A stretch of 61,802 nt of DNA, filler included. It is 4 parts of 4 records of this genome, joined end to end, with 100 filler letters (N's around TTAATTAATTAA, not from the genome) between each part and the next. Parts side by side here need not be neighbours in the genome. Positions count along the whole stretch, not along the records: positions 28,140 to 41,586 come from DRR723986_13741; positions 41,687 to 54,900 come from DRR723986_13749; 2 more parts are not named here. One strand, given 5' to 3'. The notes beneath the pieces were generated by a model. The model was not told the DNA's origin, searched no databases, and worked only from the letters and a program-made list of their open reading frames with translations. Position 1 is the stretch's first letter, and every line of letters begins with the position of its first letter. Position numbers and translations under genes: made by a program. Positions 31,109 through 42,090 of the stretch are shown piece after piece.

Positions 31109-32620
31109 GTGGAAGGTGTGCGTGGACGTCTGGCGATCGGATCGCTCTGGACTGCAGGCATCCGCGTCTTCATCAATCTACTGGGAGCCGCCAACACGCT
31201 GGTGCTCGCGCGGCTGTTGACGCCTTCCGATTTCGGCCTCGTTGCCATCGCCACCATCGTCTTCACGATCGTCAACGCCTTTACGGAACTGTCTCTCGCT
31301 TCGGCCCTGATCCAGCATCCGGATCCGAAGCGCAAACACTTCGATACGGCATGGACGCTGAACGTCATGCGTGCCCTGATTGTTGCGGCAATCCTGTTCT
31401 GCTCGGCGCATATAATCGCCATCGTATTTGGTGACCAACGGCTGGTCCTGATCACGTATGCGCTTGCGCTCACCTCGCTGGTTACCGGCATGGTGAACCC
31501 GAAAATGGTGGAGTTCCGCCGGCGGCTGTCCTTCCATCAGGAAATGTTCGTCGAACTGGCCAACAAGCTTGCCGGCCTGATCGTTGCCATCACCATCGCC
31601 GTGCTCTTCCGCACCTATTGGGCGATCGTTTTCGGATTGCTGGCCGCCCAGCTCACCGGCACTCTCTTGTCCTATCTCCTGATCCCCTACCTGCCCCGCT
31701 TCTCCCTGATCCATTGGCGGAACCTCTTCTCCTTCTCCAGCTGGCTGGCCCTCAGCTCCGGCTTTAATGCCATCAACTACCGGGCCGACCAGTTGATCGT
31801 CGGCGGCGTACTCGGCACGTCGTCTCTCGGTCAGTACACGGTCGGGGACAATCTCGCGTCGCTGCCGGTGAGGGAATCCACCACTCCCCTTTCCTATGTA
31901 CTCTTTCCCGCTTTCTCCAAGGCGCAGGATGACAAGCCCCGCCTGAGGGACATGTATTACCGGGCGCAGCGTCTCCTGGTGGCGGTCGCGTTGCCTGTGG
32001 GCGTCGGATTTGCGCTTGTCGCCGAGCCGCTGGTCCATCTGGTCATGGGGCCGGAATGGTCATCCGCCGCGCTGGTGATCCAGATCCTGAGCACGATATT
32101 TGCGCTGCACGCTTTCTCCATGCCGCTGACCCCGCTTGCTATGGGTGTGGCCCGCACGCGCATGCTGTTCAAGCGAGACGTCGTGAACCTGTTGGTGCGG
32201 TACCCGCTGATCTTTGCCGGCCTGTTCTCAGGCGGTCTTCTTGGCCTGCTGCTGGCCCGGTGTGTCAGCGGCCTGTTCGGCGTCATGCTCGACATGTATC
32301 TGGCCCGGATGCTGGTGCAGGCATCGCTCATTCGGCAAGTGCGGAACAGCGCGCGTGCGCTCACTGCGACACTGGCCATGGTACTGACAGTATGGGGACT
32401 GGAAAGTCTCGGTGTGGACGGATCGAACCTGCTGGAAATTGCGTGCCTGATAATTGCCGGTGCCATCACCTATTTCGGCGCGACCGCCATGCTCTGGCTC
32501 TGGTCCGGCCGTCCGGCAGGCCCCGAACAGGAAGCCATGGAGATGCTCCAGTTCCTGCAGAGACGTTTGCAATCCCGGCACGTCACCGCCGACAAACCTG
32601 AACATTCCAATTCCGCCTGA
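31109..32620 (+). CDS. Wzx (PST-family) oligosaccharide flippase
   Basis: LARLLTPSDFGLVAIA, many TMs, LGQYTVG; GTG 31109 with GGAGG RBS. Confidence 0.92.
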   Translation: MEGVRGRLAIGSLWTAGIRVFINLLGAANTLVLARLLTPSDFGLVAIATIVFTIVNAFTELSLASALIQHPDPKRKHFDTAWTLNVMRALIVAAILFCSAHIIAIVFGDQRLVLITYALALTSLVTGMVNPKMVEFRRRLSFHQEMFVELANKLAGLIVAITIAVLFRTYWAIVFGLLAAQLTGTLLSYLLIPYLPRFSLIHWRNLFSFSSWLALSSGFNAINYRADQLIVGGVLGTSSLGQYTVGDNLASLPVRESTTPLSYVLFPAFSKAQDDKPRLRDMYYRAQRLLVAVALPVGVGFALVAEPLVHLVMGPEWSSAALVIQILSTIFALHAFSMPLTPLAMGVARTRMLFKRDVVNLLVRYPLIFAGLFSGGLLGLLLARCVSGLFGVMLDMYLARMLVQASLIRQVRNSARALTATLAMVLTVWGLESLGVDGSNLLEIACLIIAGAITYFGATAMLWLWSGRPAGPEQEAMEMLQFLQRRLQSRHVTADKPEHSNSA

Positions 32621-32660
32621 TCGTCCTGCACCAGATCCTCAAACCCGGAGCCAGACCCGC

Positions 32661-33686
32661 GTGACCCGACATCACATGCCCGCAGAAGATTTTGCATTGC
32701 TGCAGACGCAGACCGGCGAAGTCACTGCCATCCTGGACAAACATATTCCTGAAGGTCGCCCCGTCGCGATCCTCCAGTTCCCGCTGGACGGCAATGTCGG
32801 CAATCACATGATGTGGCTCGCCATCTCGAACTATCTGGCCGAAAACCGGTCCCATCCGGCCTATGTCGCGCATGAGTGGGATTTCGACCTCGCCGCCATG
32901 AAGCGCGCCATCGGCGAGTATGGTGTGATCCTGTTTATCGGCGGGGTGACGGTTTCACGGCTCTGGCCTGGCCATGCAGAGGTCAAGCGGACGGTGGCGC
33001 AGGCGTGTCCGCGCAACAGGCTGATCTCCCTCCCATCGACCATGCTGTTCGTCGATGAGGAAGACCGGCAGGCAGCCGCCACCATCTTCGGAGACCATGA
33101 CGATGTCATCATGATGGCCCGCGACCCGGTCAGCGGCGCTTCAGCACGAGAGGTCTTCCCGGCTCACATATCGGTCGTGACCAGCCACGATTCGACTTTC
33201 ATGCTGCCGCCGCAACCACATCGAAGCGGCACGCCGGAACACGATATCATCTGGCTCGCGCGGGACGATCAGGAAGGGCTGGGCACCTCAGTTCCGGGAA
33301 ATGTCCATGTGTTCGACTGGCCCGAACTCGGCACGGGCTCGGCAAGCGTTCTAGCCGCACGCACCAGCATGAAGTTTCGCCGTCAATTCCCGGCCTTGTA
33401 CAAGCCCGCCAATGCCATGGTTGGTGCATCCTATCGCGGCATCACGCGGCATGTGATGGAGACCGGGCGCAGGCTGATGGATAAGGGCAAGGTGCTGGTC
33501 ACGGATCGGTTGCACCCCCATGTGCTGGCGGTATTGCGGGGCCAGCCCTGCGTCCTGCTTCCGGATCGGTTCGGGAAAAACCGCGCCGTGTGGGAATATT
33601 CAAGCCGCAGCTACAGCACGATACATTGGGCAGATACGCCCGAAGAGGCCCTGGCGCACGCACGCGAACTTGCCGCGGCAGAGTGA
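32661..33686 (+). CDS. Polysaccharide pyruvyl transferase family protein
   Basis: GNVGN, MARD, HDSTF, VTDRLHPHVL, DRFGKN; start estimated at GTG 32661 (GGAG upstream). Confidence 0.8.
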   Translation: MTRHHMPAEDFALLQTQTGEVTAILDKHIPEGRPVAILQFPLDGNVGNHMMWLAISNYLAENRSHPAYVAHEWDFDLAAMKRAIGEYGVILFIGGVTVSRLWPGHAEVKRTVAQACPRNRLISLPSTMLFVDEEDRQAAATIFGDHDDVIMMARDPVSGASAREVFPAHISVVTSHDSTFMLPPQPHRSGTPEHDIIWLARDDQEGLGTSVPGNVHVFDWPELGTGSASVLAARTSMKFRRQFPALYKPANAMVGASYRGITRHVMETGRRLMDKGKVLVTDRLHPHVLAVLRGQPCVLLPDRFGKNRAVWEYSSRSYSTIHWADTPEEALAHARELAAAE

Positions 33687-33704
33687 GGCCCCAGAAGACT
33701 GGAC

Positions 33705-34784
33705 TCAGAGCACCTGCCGTTCAGCGATTTTCGGATCTGGCAGCCAGCCGAATGTCTCACCGGGATTGAACGGATTGTGAGGCTCAAGCTTGCTTTGCTT
33801 TCCTGTCAGCTTTCGCAAACCTGTCAGGACGCGCTTGCCGAGCTTGCGCTTGATCTCAAAACGCTTCCAGGCCTGCGCCTTTTGCCAATCCGGGCTGACC
33901 TCCTTGGCAAAATCAGTGCAGATATCCACGCCCTTGTCATCTCCGCGCTCAAGCGCCATCCCGGCAAGCCAGGCGGATTCTTCAAGGAGACGATCAGTCG
34001 AGACCTTTTTCCATTCAGCCGCCTTCGGCAAATTGGCGCCATGGACGTTCAGAATCACACTGAGCGCCTCATACTGCTCTCTCAGGTCACTCAACGGGCG
34101 ATAGGTGAAGCCTGACGACATGTTGCTTTCATGGCGGCGATAGAATGCCTGCACCGTGTTGAGCACGCCAACATCCGCGACCGTGGAAATTCTCATCCAG
34201 ATCTCCACATCGCAGGTAGCAGGCAAATTGGGATCAAGCCCGCCAAGCTGTTGTTGAACCGAGGTGCGAACCATTGCGCTCGGCGAGGCCGTCGGGCACC
34301 AGGAATCACAGCACCGGTCGATATAAGCGTCACCTGGAATCACCTGGTATTCGACCGGATCAGGAAGCCCTTCCTCCTTGATGTCACTGTCGCGCGAAAA
34401 GACCCGGGCGAGCCCGTAAACCAGTCCGACGTTGGGGTGCGCGTCCATAATCTGCGCAGCCCGGGATACGGCGCCCTCACACAGCAGATCGTCGGCTGAG
34501 AGCCAGATGGAGTACTTCGCGGTCGCCCATCCCATCAGCCCGACATTGGACGTGCCCACGAGCCCTTTGTTGGTCTCATTCCGGATGTATTCGACCTGCG
34601 GATGCTCTGCCGCCAGCCGCCGTCCGACCTCTTCTGTATTGTCCGGCGAACAGTCGTCGACGATCAAGGCCCGGATGATCACGTTTTCCTGCTGTATGAC
34701 CGACTGGATGCAACGCTCCAGATAGTGGGCATAGTTGTAGCAAGGGATAACCACATCGACTGTTGGCAGATTCTCGGCGGGCAT
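33705..34784 (-). CDS. Glycosyltransferase family 2
   Basis: VVIPCYNYAHYL, IVDDCSPD, SADD. Confidence 0.93.
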   Translation of the reverse strand: MPAENLPTVDVVIPCYNYAHYLERCIQSVIQQENVIIRALIVDDCSPDNTEEVGRRLAAEHPQVEYIRNETNKGLVGTSNVGLMGWATAKYSIWLSADDLLCEGAVSRAAQIMDAHPNVGLVYGLARVFSRDSDIKEEGLPDPVEYQVIPGDAYIDRCCDSWCPTASPSAMVRTSVQQQLGGLDPNLPATCDVEIWMRISTVADVGVLNTVQAFYRRHESNMSSGFTYRPLSDLREQYEALSVILNVHGANLPKAAEWKKVSTDRLLEESAWLAGMALERGDDKGVDICTDFAKEVSPDWQKAQAWKRFEIKRKLGKRVLTGLRKLTGKQSKLEPHNPFNPGETFGWLPDPKIAERQVL

Positions 34785-35058
34785 AAAGAGGTTGGCCTTT
34801 ATCGTTTAGCTTGTTCCAGGCCGGACGAGCACCAGCACAGTTTGAAATCGCCCCGAAGCGCTCGGCTTGTCGTCACCATATCTCGAACAGAACAGCGCAG
34901 GTCAGGGGCAGACCAGCAATACTCACACATCTCCATAAGTGGTTGGAAGCCCGAAAATTCCCCAATTGCCAGAATCGCGCACCAGAGCCAATACGGCCAC
35001 TTCAGTCACACGGCAAAAGAAATGAGGCCAATTCTATCGGCGAAACGGGCACATCACC

Positions 35059-36195
35059 CTAACTTGTCGCATCGATAAGTGCGGTCGCCACGGTCTGGAT
35101 TTCGTCATCCGTCATCTGATGGTAGAGGGGAAGGATGATGCGCTTGTCCTGGCAGGCTTCGGAATTCGGCAGCGGGGCCCGCAAGGGCGCCGACGAATAC
35201 ACCTCTTCCCGGTGGGCGCACATGATGCCACGCCGGGTGGAGATCTGCTTGTCGAGCATGGCCTGCATCACCGCACGCTGGTCGCAAGTGTCCGGAATAC
35301 GCACCGAAAAGCTCTGCCAGTTGGAACGCGCCCAGGTGGGCTCTTCCGGCAAGCCGATCCATTGGGCATCGGCCAGATGACGTTTGTATTTGTCCGCGAT
35401 TTCGCGGCGGCGCTGAACGACACCCGGCAGGCGCTTGAGCTGTTCCCGCCCGACAGCGGCCTGAATGTCGGTCATGCGGTAATTATAACCGAGAATGGAG
35501 TGATTTTCGAAAATCACTGAATTCGCCTTGTGCCGCACCGTGTCCGGCACACTCATGCCATGCTGGCGCAGGAGCCGGCACCTGGCCGCCCAGTCCGCAT
35601 GGGGCGTCGTGATCATGCCGCCGTCACCGGTAGACAGGACCTTGCGCGGATGGAACGAGAAGACTGCAGCATCCCCGCGGCAACGCCCGACCTTCTCCCA
35701 CTCCCCTTTCCACAGGATTTCCGCACCCGCTGCGCAGGCGGCGTCCTCAATGACGAATAGATTGTGCTTTCGGGCAATTGCGACGATCGCCGACAGGTCC
35801 GCCGGCATGCCCATCTGGTGAACCAGAAGGATCGCCTTGGTTTTGGCTGTAATGGCCGGCTCGACGAGGTCGGGATCCATGTTGCAGGTCGCTGGTTCAA
35901 CATCGATGAAGACAGGCTCGGCGCCGCAATATTGTATCGAGTTTGCGGTAGCGATATAGGAGTGGCTGACCGTGATGACTTCGTCGCCCGGGCCGACCCC
36001 CGCCGCAAGCAGGGCCAGATGCAGACCGGTCGTGCAGTTCGAAACCGCAACGGCATGCTCGGCGCCCATATAGCCTGCGAATTCGCTTTCGAAGGCGGCA
36101 ACTTCGGGCCCCTGAGTGACCCAGCCGGAAAGGATGACACGGGATGCCGCATCAGCCTCTTCCTGGCCCATCAGGGGCTTGATGATCGGGATCAT
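35059..36195 (-). CDS. DegT/DnrJ/EryC1/StrS sugar aminotransferase (copy 2)
   Basis: [25 protein letters not shown] (PLP Lys), GDGG, GYNYRM. Confidence 0.95.
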   Translation of the reverse strand: MIPIIKPLMGQEEADAASRVILSGWVTQGPEVAAFESEFAGYMGAEHAVAVSNCTTGLHLALLAAGVGPGDEVITVSHSYIATANSIQYCGAEPVFIDVEPATCNMDPDLVEPAITAKTKAILLVHQMGMPADLSAIVAIARKHNLFVIEDAACAAGAEILWKGEWEKVGRCRGDAAVFSFHPRKVLSTGDGGMITTPHADWAARCRLLRQHGMSVPDTVRHKANSVIFENHSILGYNYRMTDIQAAVGREQLKRLPGVVQRRREIADKYKRHLADAQWIGLPEEPTWARSNWQSFSVRIPDTCDQRAVMQAMLDKQISTRRGIMCAHREEVYSSAPLRAPLPNSEACQDKRIILPLYHQMTDDEIQTVATALIDATS

Positions 36196-37169
36196 TCAAA
36201 CATGTCCTTGTTCGCCCGCCACCAGGTGACCAGGCGGCGCAGACCCTCTTCCAGATCGACTTCCGCCTTGAAGCCCAGCATACGCTCCGCCTTCGACGTA
36301 TCGGCCAGCCGTCGGGCAACAGGGTTCACGCTGCGCTCTGGGCCATATTCCGGAACCATGGACGGATCAGCCCCCATGACCTGCATCAGTGAGGCTGCGA
36401 GGCCATTGAGATTGGTTTCGACGCCTGACGCGACATTGAAGACTTCGTCCGATGCATCTGACTTCAGGGCCAGAACATTCGCTCGCGCCAGGTCTTCAAT
36501 GTAGATGAAATCCATGGATGTGGAGCCATCTCCGAGGATGAGCGGCGGCGTACCCTGCTCGATCCGCTGCATCCAGCGCACAAGGACTTCCGTGTACTTG
36601 CCATGGATATCCATACGGGGACCATAGACGTTGAAATAGCGCATCGCTACATAGTTGAGGCCGTACATGTCATTAAAGGAACGCAGCAAGCCTTCGAGCA
36701 TCATCTTCGATGCGCCGTACCAGGTGCGATTATTGTAAGGGTGGTGTTCTTCCGTCGTCGGAAAGGTGTCAGCCATGCCGAGAATGGATGCCGACGACGC
36801 GGCGAGCACTTTCTTCACGCCGGCCTTCTGTGCCGCCTCAACAACATTGTAGGTGCCGTCGCACATGACTTCCATGGCTTCACGCGGCTCAGCGGCGCAA
36901 GCCGTGATGCGTATAGCTGCCATATGGATGACGGCGTCCATGCCCGCTGTTGCCGCTTCTATGGCCGCCTGGTCCCGGATATCGCCTTTGACCAGCTCGA
37001 CTCGGTCATCCTTCAGGATCTCCTGAACATTGCGCATGGAACCGCGGACAAGGTTGTCGAAGATGACGATCTTTTCCGGGTTTTCGTTCGCAAGAAGCTG
37101 ATCAATCGTGGTTGAGCCGATGAGGCCGCATCCACCGGTTACAAGGATTTTCGCACCCTCTAGGTTCAT
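36192..37169 (-). CDS. NAD-dependent nucleotide-sugar epimerase/dehydratase (extended SDR)
   Basis: [27 protein letters not shown]. Confidence 0.93.
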   Translation of the reverse strand: MNLEGAKILVTGGCGLIGSTTIDQLLANENPEKIVIFDNLVRGSMRNVQEILKDDRVELVKGDIRDQAAIEAATAGMDAVIHMAAIRITACAAEPREAMEVMCDGTYNVVEAAQKAGVKKVLAASSASILGMADTFPTTEEHHPYNNRTWYGASKMMLEGLLRSFNDMYGLNYVAMRYFNVYGPRMDIHGKYTEVLVRWMQRIEQGTPPLILGDGSTSMDFIYIEDLARANVLALKSDASDEVFNVASGVETNLNGLAASLMQVMGADPSMVPEYGPERSVNPVARRLADTSKAERMLGFKAEVDLEEGLRRLVTWWRANKDMFE

Positions 37170-37233
37170 TGGTCTTGTGCCTTGTCATTGATTGGTGGCC
37201 AGCGCGGGCGGCGCCGTTCGAGCCGTATCTGGT

Positions 37234-38349
37234 TCAGACGTTTGCTGCTGTTTCCTGCTGCAGGCGAATCACTGCGTTTGCAACGACTTCCTGCTGATCG
37301 GCCGTAAGTTCCGGGAACATCGGCAAAGACAGGACTTCCGCAGCTGCCTTTTCCGCATGCGGGAACTGGCCGTGTTTGTAACCAAGAAACTCAAATGCCT
37401 TCAATTCATGAAGCGGGAACGGGTAATGAATGCCCGTCGATACCCCGGCCTTGGTCAATTCCTCAATCCAGCGCTGACGATCCGGTGTGCGGATCGCGTA
37501 GACATGGTAGACGTGACGGCGGTCTTCCGCTTCAGCCGGGATCTGAACACCAGTACCTGCAAACAGGTCACGATAACGTTTCGCGGCTTCGCGGCGCTGC
37601 TCGGTCCACGTCTCGATATACTTCATCTTCACGCGCAGGACGGCCCCCTGGATACCTTCCATCCGCATGTTGTAACCGATGATCTCGTGATGGTATTTCT
37701 GCTTGGCACCCCAGTCACGCAGCATACGGACCTTCTCGTCAATCGCTGCATTGCCGGTGACTGTCATGCCGGCCTCCCCTGCAGCACCCATGTTTTTTCC
37801 GGGATAGAAAGAGAACCCGGCAAGGTCTCCAATAGAGCCAGCCCGGCGGCCTTTGTATTCGGCACCGTGAGATTGTGCTGCATCTTCCATCACGATCAGG
37901 CCATGCTTTCTGGCGATCTCCATGATCGGGTCCATGTCAGCCATCTGGCCATATAGATGAACCGGCACAATCGCTTTCGTGCGTGGTGTAATGGCCGCTT
38001 CAAGTGCGGCCGGGTCCATCGTGAAGGTGACCGGGTCGATGTCACAGAAGACGACTTTCGCCCCGGTATAGTGAATTGCCGATGCCGACGCGATGAAGGT
38101 ATGCGGTACCGTGATCACTTCGTCACCGGGTCCAATTCCAGCTGCCAACAGGCCCAGGTGCAAGGCGCTGGTGCCACTGTTCACGCCGATCGCGAACTCG
38201 TTTTCGCAATAATCGGCAAAGTCCTTCTCAAGCGCCGCGACATCCGGGCCGAGGACAAAAGAGCAATTCTCAAGCGTCTTCAGAACCGCCTGATCAACTT
38301 CTTCCTTGATCGACTGGTACTGGGCTTTCAGGTCAACAAACGGGATCAC
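37234..38349 (-). CDS. DegT/DnrJ/EryC1/StrS sugar aminotransferase (copy 1, 3-amino type by context)
   Basis: NSGTSALHL, EDAAQSHGA, FSFYPGKNMG, GYNMRM. Confidence 0.95.
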   Translation of the reverse strand: MIPFVDLKAQYQSIKEEVDQAVLKTLENCSFVLGPDVAALEKDFADYCENEFAIGVNSGTSALHLGLLAAGIGPGDEVITVPHTFIASASAIHYTGAKVVFCDIDPVTFTMDPAALEAAITPRTKAIVPVHLYGQMADMDPIMEIARKHGLIVMEDAAQSHGAEYKGRRAGSIGDLAGFSFYPGKNMGAAGEAGMTVTGNAAIDEKVRMLRDWGAKQKYHHEIIGYNMRMEGIQGAVLRVKMKYIETWTEQRREAAKRYRDLFAGTGVQIPAEAEDRRHVYHVYAIRTPDRQRWIEELTKAGVSTGIHYPFPLHELKAFEFLGYKHGQFPHAEKAAAEVLSLPMFPELTADQQEVVANAVIRLQQETAANV

Positions 38350-39482
38350 TTGCTCGCTCCATTGCGGGAAAGATGAACAGTTTCGCCGCGCCCCCGCATG
38401 GAACTCGTAGCGGCTTCAATGACTTCGACCATCCGCAAACCGAACTGGCCGTCGGAAATAGAGGATTTTCCTGTGGCGACGCAGTCGCAGAAATGTTGGG
38501 CTTCGACACGCAATGCTTCGACATTATCGACTTTTGGCGCCCACATGTCTCCTGTCCGGTAGCCGACGCGCATCTCGTGAATCTGCTTGGGATCATCCGT
38601 AAAGGACACGCCCTTGTCGTAGATCTTCAGCTTTTCGGAAGGCTGGAGTTCGTCGAACGTGATCATCTTCTCGGTGCCGCCGATCAGAATGTTGCGAACT
38701 TTCACAGGCGCGAGCCACGACACGTTAACGTGGGCGATGAAACCGGAGTCGTAAAACAGGGTGATGAAAGCAAGGTTTTCCGGTGTACCCGGATAATGAT
38801 TGATACCCGAAGCAGAGACGGCGACGGGATGTTCCCCGAACACATAGTCCAGGATTGAAAAATCATGGACAGCCAGGTCGGAGATGACATTCACATCACG
38901 CTGGAACAGGCCGAGATTGACCCGTGTCGAGTCATAATAGAGCGACTTGCCGAGCGTGTTCGACTGAACAAGCTCGCGCATCTTCACCACCGGGCCCGTA
39001 TAGATGAAGGTGTGGTCGATGTGCAGAGTCAGGCCGCGATTTTCGGCTTCGTCAACCAGTGCGCGGGCCTGTAGAGAGGTTTCCGTCATCGGCTTTTCCA
39101 GCCAGACATGCTTACCCGCCCGGAGAGCCGCCAGAGCCAGCGAAAAATGTGTCGAAACAGGCGTCGCAATTGCGACAGCATCGATCTCCGGGTCATGGAT
39201 CATTGCCATCGTGTCAGTCGTCGTTTTGGTCGCCGGGTATCGCTTGGCGACAATATCCAGGACCTGCGGATTCAGGTCTGCAACTGTGTGAACGCGCGCT
39301 TCATCCAATTCGGAAAAGTTGCGGACAAGGTTCGGCCCCCAATAGCCGTAACCGATAACACCAATATTCAACACGGACTTCTTCCCCTTGTTCGCTTCAC
39401 CGTCTGTCGCGGTTTTCACCTTCGCGGCATCCGGTTCTCCGGACCCTTTTTTGATCTTCTCATCCATTTCCACGGACATCAC
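38346..39482 (-). CDS. Gfo/Idh/MocA oxidoreductase (WbpB/WlbA-like sugar 3-dehydrogenase)
   Basis: GYGYWG, ATPVSTH, LEKPM, DLAVHD. Confidence 0.9.
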   Translation of the reverse strand: MMSVEMDEKIKKGSGEPDAAKVKTATDGEANKGKKSVLNIGVIGYGYWGPNLVRNFSELDEARVHTVADLNPQVLDIVAKRYPATKTTTDTMAMIHDPEIDAVAIATPVSTHFSLALAALRAGKHVWLEKPMTETSLQARALVDEAENRGLTLHIDHTFIYTGPVVKMRELVQSNTLGKSLYYDSTRVNLGLFQRDVNVISDLAVHDFSILDYVFGEHPVAVSASGINHYPGTPENLAFITLFYDSGFIAHVNVSWLAPVKVRNILIGGTEKMITFDELQPSEKLKIYDKGVSFTDDPKQIHEMRVGYRTGDMWAPKVDNVEALRVEAQHFCDCVATGKSSISDGQFGLRMVEVIEAATSSMRGRGETVHLSRNGASK

Positions 39483-39939
39483 CCACCACCTTTGCTGGCA
39501 CCCCAGCTACAATTGCATAATCCGGAACATCCCTGATAACGACCGCACCCGCCGCTACCAATGCCCCCTCCCCGATTGTTACGCCGCACACGATCGTCGC
39601 GTTCGACCCGATCGAGGCTCTGCGCCTTACCCGCGTCAGTTCGAGCGTCCAATCAGCATCCGTCTGCGCAGACCCATCCGGGTTGGTCGCGCGAGGAAAA
39701 CGGTCATTCGTAAACATGACACCATGCCCAACGAAGACTTCGTCCTCAATCGTCACCCCTTCGCAGACAAATGAATGCGAAGATATCTTGCACCGCTCCC
39801 CGACTGCCGCCCCTTTTTGAATTTCGACGAACGACCCGATTTTCGACCCGTTACCAACCGTGCATCCGTAGAGGTTGACCAAATCGGGATGATGTATCGT
39901 GACCTCGCCTTGCAGCGTTACATTTTGCGAAATTGGCAT
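39460..39939 (-). CDS. Hexapeptide-repeat sugar N-acetyltransferase (WbpD/WlbB-like)
   Basis: [46 protein letters not shown]. Confidence 0.92.
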   Translation of the reverse strand: MPISQNVTLQGEVTIHHPDLVNLYGCTVGNGSKIGSFVEIQKGAAVGERCKISSHSFVCEGVTIEDEVFVGHGVMFTNDRFPRATNPDGSAQTDADWTLELTRVRRRASIGSNATIVCGVTIGEGALVAAGAVVIRDVPDYAIVAGVPAKVVGDVRGNG

Positions 39940-40396
39940 CGCTGATCCTTATTCCGGGAGGGTGTGTATTTCATATGCAAGTTTCGAGCTAGGGCTTGTT
40001 TATGAAAATTCCCAAGATGATCCGGTTGGCAGTTACTTTTGTGGGATTCAGGGGGTGGGCGTCCAAGTAAATGTGAAAGTCTGGAATGCGCGGCAGGTCC
40101 ATGCGCAATTTGGCGTGGAAATCGGGAACCGGACGGGTCCCGAAACAGGACAATTTAAAGCGCCGGAGGATAATTCAGTACCTGACCGAACGACGCGATA
40201 AGCACCAGCATAGAAATCCATCACCACCGTTCTAAGGTTCAATGTGCATTCAAAACCATCCTGGGGTGAAGATGCTCGAACACCTGAACCTCAAGCGCCA
40301 CCTGGACTACCCTGAATAGCATTCACATGTTGGGATCAGGCTGCTGGGCGGCGTAATAGAGAGCCTTCCGCCAGGTGCTTTCACACTTGGCCGGCG

Positions 40397-41407
40397 TCAG
40401 GGGCCCGCGACTTCATAGCCTTGGGCACGCAGAAGCTCGATCACGCTGTCCTTACCGGCAAGGTGCCCCGCACCGACAGCGATCAGCACTATGCCGGGTT
40501 CGTCCAGCATCGCCTCGATTTTCGGGACCCAGTCCTGGTTCCGTTCTTTGAGAAGCGCATCATAAATGGCTTCCGACCCCATCATTTCGGGATTGGACAT
40601 CAACGCGGCAAGACCCGCGACATCGCCGTCCTCCCATTCATCAACCAGTACATCCAGCATCTCACTCCCCTCCTCCACCGATTCAGCAGAAGAAATCAGG
40701 AAGTCGACCTGCTCATCATCTGGCAGGTTGGCGAACCGGCCAAGCTGTTCCTCGATGGTTTCGAGATAGGCGAAGTCCTTGCCTGCAGCCTTGCCTTCGC
40801 GCTCCAGAACCTGCTCCACACCAGCGTTCGGATCGAAGCCATCCTTCTGCATCTGCAGAACAGACAGGTTCACCGCCGCATACCAGGGCCTGAATGTCTC
40901 CATGGCGCCAAGGGGAAAACCCAGATAGTCGAGCGCGGCTTTAAGTTCCTCGGTTTCTGCCTCGTCCAGCAGGCTGGTCAGCTGGCGGCCATCGGTGAAG
41001 AGGGCGTGGCTGGAGACGAAAGCCATCATCTCGCTGGCGGCATCCGGGCTCGACACATCGGCCTCGAAAACCAGCGTATCGGCTTCTGCCAGCGCAATAT
41101 CTATCTTGTCGGACCGCCAGTCCAGCTCCGGCCGCAGGAAGTGAACCGTGCCCATGATGCGGATGGTCGTATCCTCATCGGCCAGCGTCCAGACGGCCGG
41201 TTCGCCGGCGCCGTGGCTCGCCTTGGCAGCCGCCAGAGCCTCTTCATAAAGCGCCTCTTGCCTTGCCTTCAGCTCGGCCCGTTCGGCTTCCGACGACCGA
41301 TCTACAGGTGTTCCCGGCTTGCTTTCGACGGTACCGCTTTCGCCGCAGCCAGCCATAGCCAGCATCATAACCGCTGCCGCTGCAGCCGCCCAACCTGTTC
41401 GCGTCAT
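40397..41407 (-). CDS. TraB/GumN family lipoprotein
   Basis: Lipobox AMAGC, MGTVH, LETIEEQL, ERNQDW, AVGAGHL. Confidence 0.9.
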   Translation of the reverse strand: MTRTGWAAAAAAVMMLAMAGCGESGTVESKPGTPVDRSSEAERAELKARQEALYEEALAAAKASHGAGEPAVWTLADEDTTIRIMGTVHFLRPELDWRSDKIDIALAEADTLVFEADVSSPDAASEMMAFVSSHALFTDGRQLTSLLDEAETEELKAALDYLGFPLGAMETFRPWYAAVNLSVLQMQKDGFDPNAGVEQVLEREGKAAGKDFAYLETIEEQLGRFANLPDDEQVDFLISSAESVEEGSEMLDVLVDEWEDGDVAGLAALMSNPEMMGSEAIYDALLKERNQDWVPKIEAMLDEPGIVLIAVGAGHLAGKDSVIELLRAQGYEVAGP

Positions 41408-41549
41408 GGAGAAACACCTCTTCTACCCCGCCGGCCGATACCCTAGACCGGGCCTGCGCTCCGGGAAAGCACCGCAGCTGCAGCCGCTACCAGCCGCACT
41501 GCGGCATTGCGCTGTCGCGCAGCTTGGCTTATTCACCGGCCTCGGCTTG

Positions 41550-41586
41550 GCACCCATAGCTCAGCTGGATAGAGCGCTGCCCTCCG
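41550..41586 (+). tRNA. tRNA-Arg(CCG), 5' half, truncated by contig end
   Basis: GCACCCATAGCTCAGCTGGATAGAGCGCTGCCCTCCG: acceptor 5' strand, D-arm, anticodon stem 5' strand, CT-CCG anticodon. Confidence 0.9.
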
Positions 41587-41686
41587 NNNNNNNNNNNNNN
41601 NNNNNNNNNNNNNNNNNNNNNNNNNNNNNNTTAATTAATTAANNNNNNNNNNNNNNNNNNNNNNNNNNNNNNNNNNNNNNNNNNNN
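41587..41686. other. Artificial contig linker
   Basis: N run + TTAATTAATTAA + N run. Confidence 0.98.
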
Positions 41687-41968
41687 GTGTTGCAGGCTTT
41701 GCCAGCCCATTTCGACGAATTTTGCATAGGCTTCGGAAAACCCGTTGGGCAGGGTCACACGGCCATTGCCATAGCTTGATCCAGCTTCGTCACCCGGTGC
41801 ATTCAAGGGGGCGATTTCTTCGGCGCAGAACCGGCCATATTCCTCAAGCACCGCTGCCGCGTCTTCCAGATCCAGATCCCGATATGGGGGCAGCTGGGAT
41901 ACCTCTGACCATCCGGAAAGATGTTCAAGATTGAAAAGCATGTCTTTGGTCGGGGCGGCAAAGGTCAC
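41687..41968 (-). CDS. Acyl-CoA dehydrogenase, N-terminal part (truncated by contig end)
   Basis: APTKDMLF, AVLEEYGRFCAEEIAPLNAPGD, FSEAYAKFVEMGW; GTG 41968 with GGGAG RBS. Confidence 0.85.
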
Positions 41969-42090
41969 GAGGTGATCTCCCAAGTTGAATTCGTTAGGGG
42001 CTACATAGGATGTCCCTGCCCGGTGCGGCTATCTCCGGGATGGACGCAAAACTTGCAAAAAGTGACAAATCTTGCGATACGCGACGTAAG

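Noticed and set aside
39940-40396. Long intergenic region with short ORFs (39899-40201, 40048-40242) as possible sRNA or small protein
   Set aside because: No recognisable motif, RBS or stable structure; most likely the promoter region of the sugar operon
40421-41446. 341-aa plus-strand ORF
   Set aside because: Antisense shadow of the TraB/GumN gene, common in GC-rich DNA
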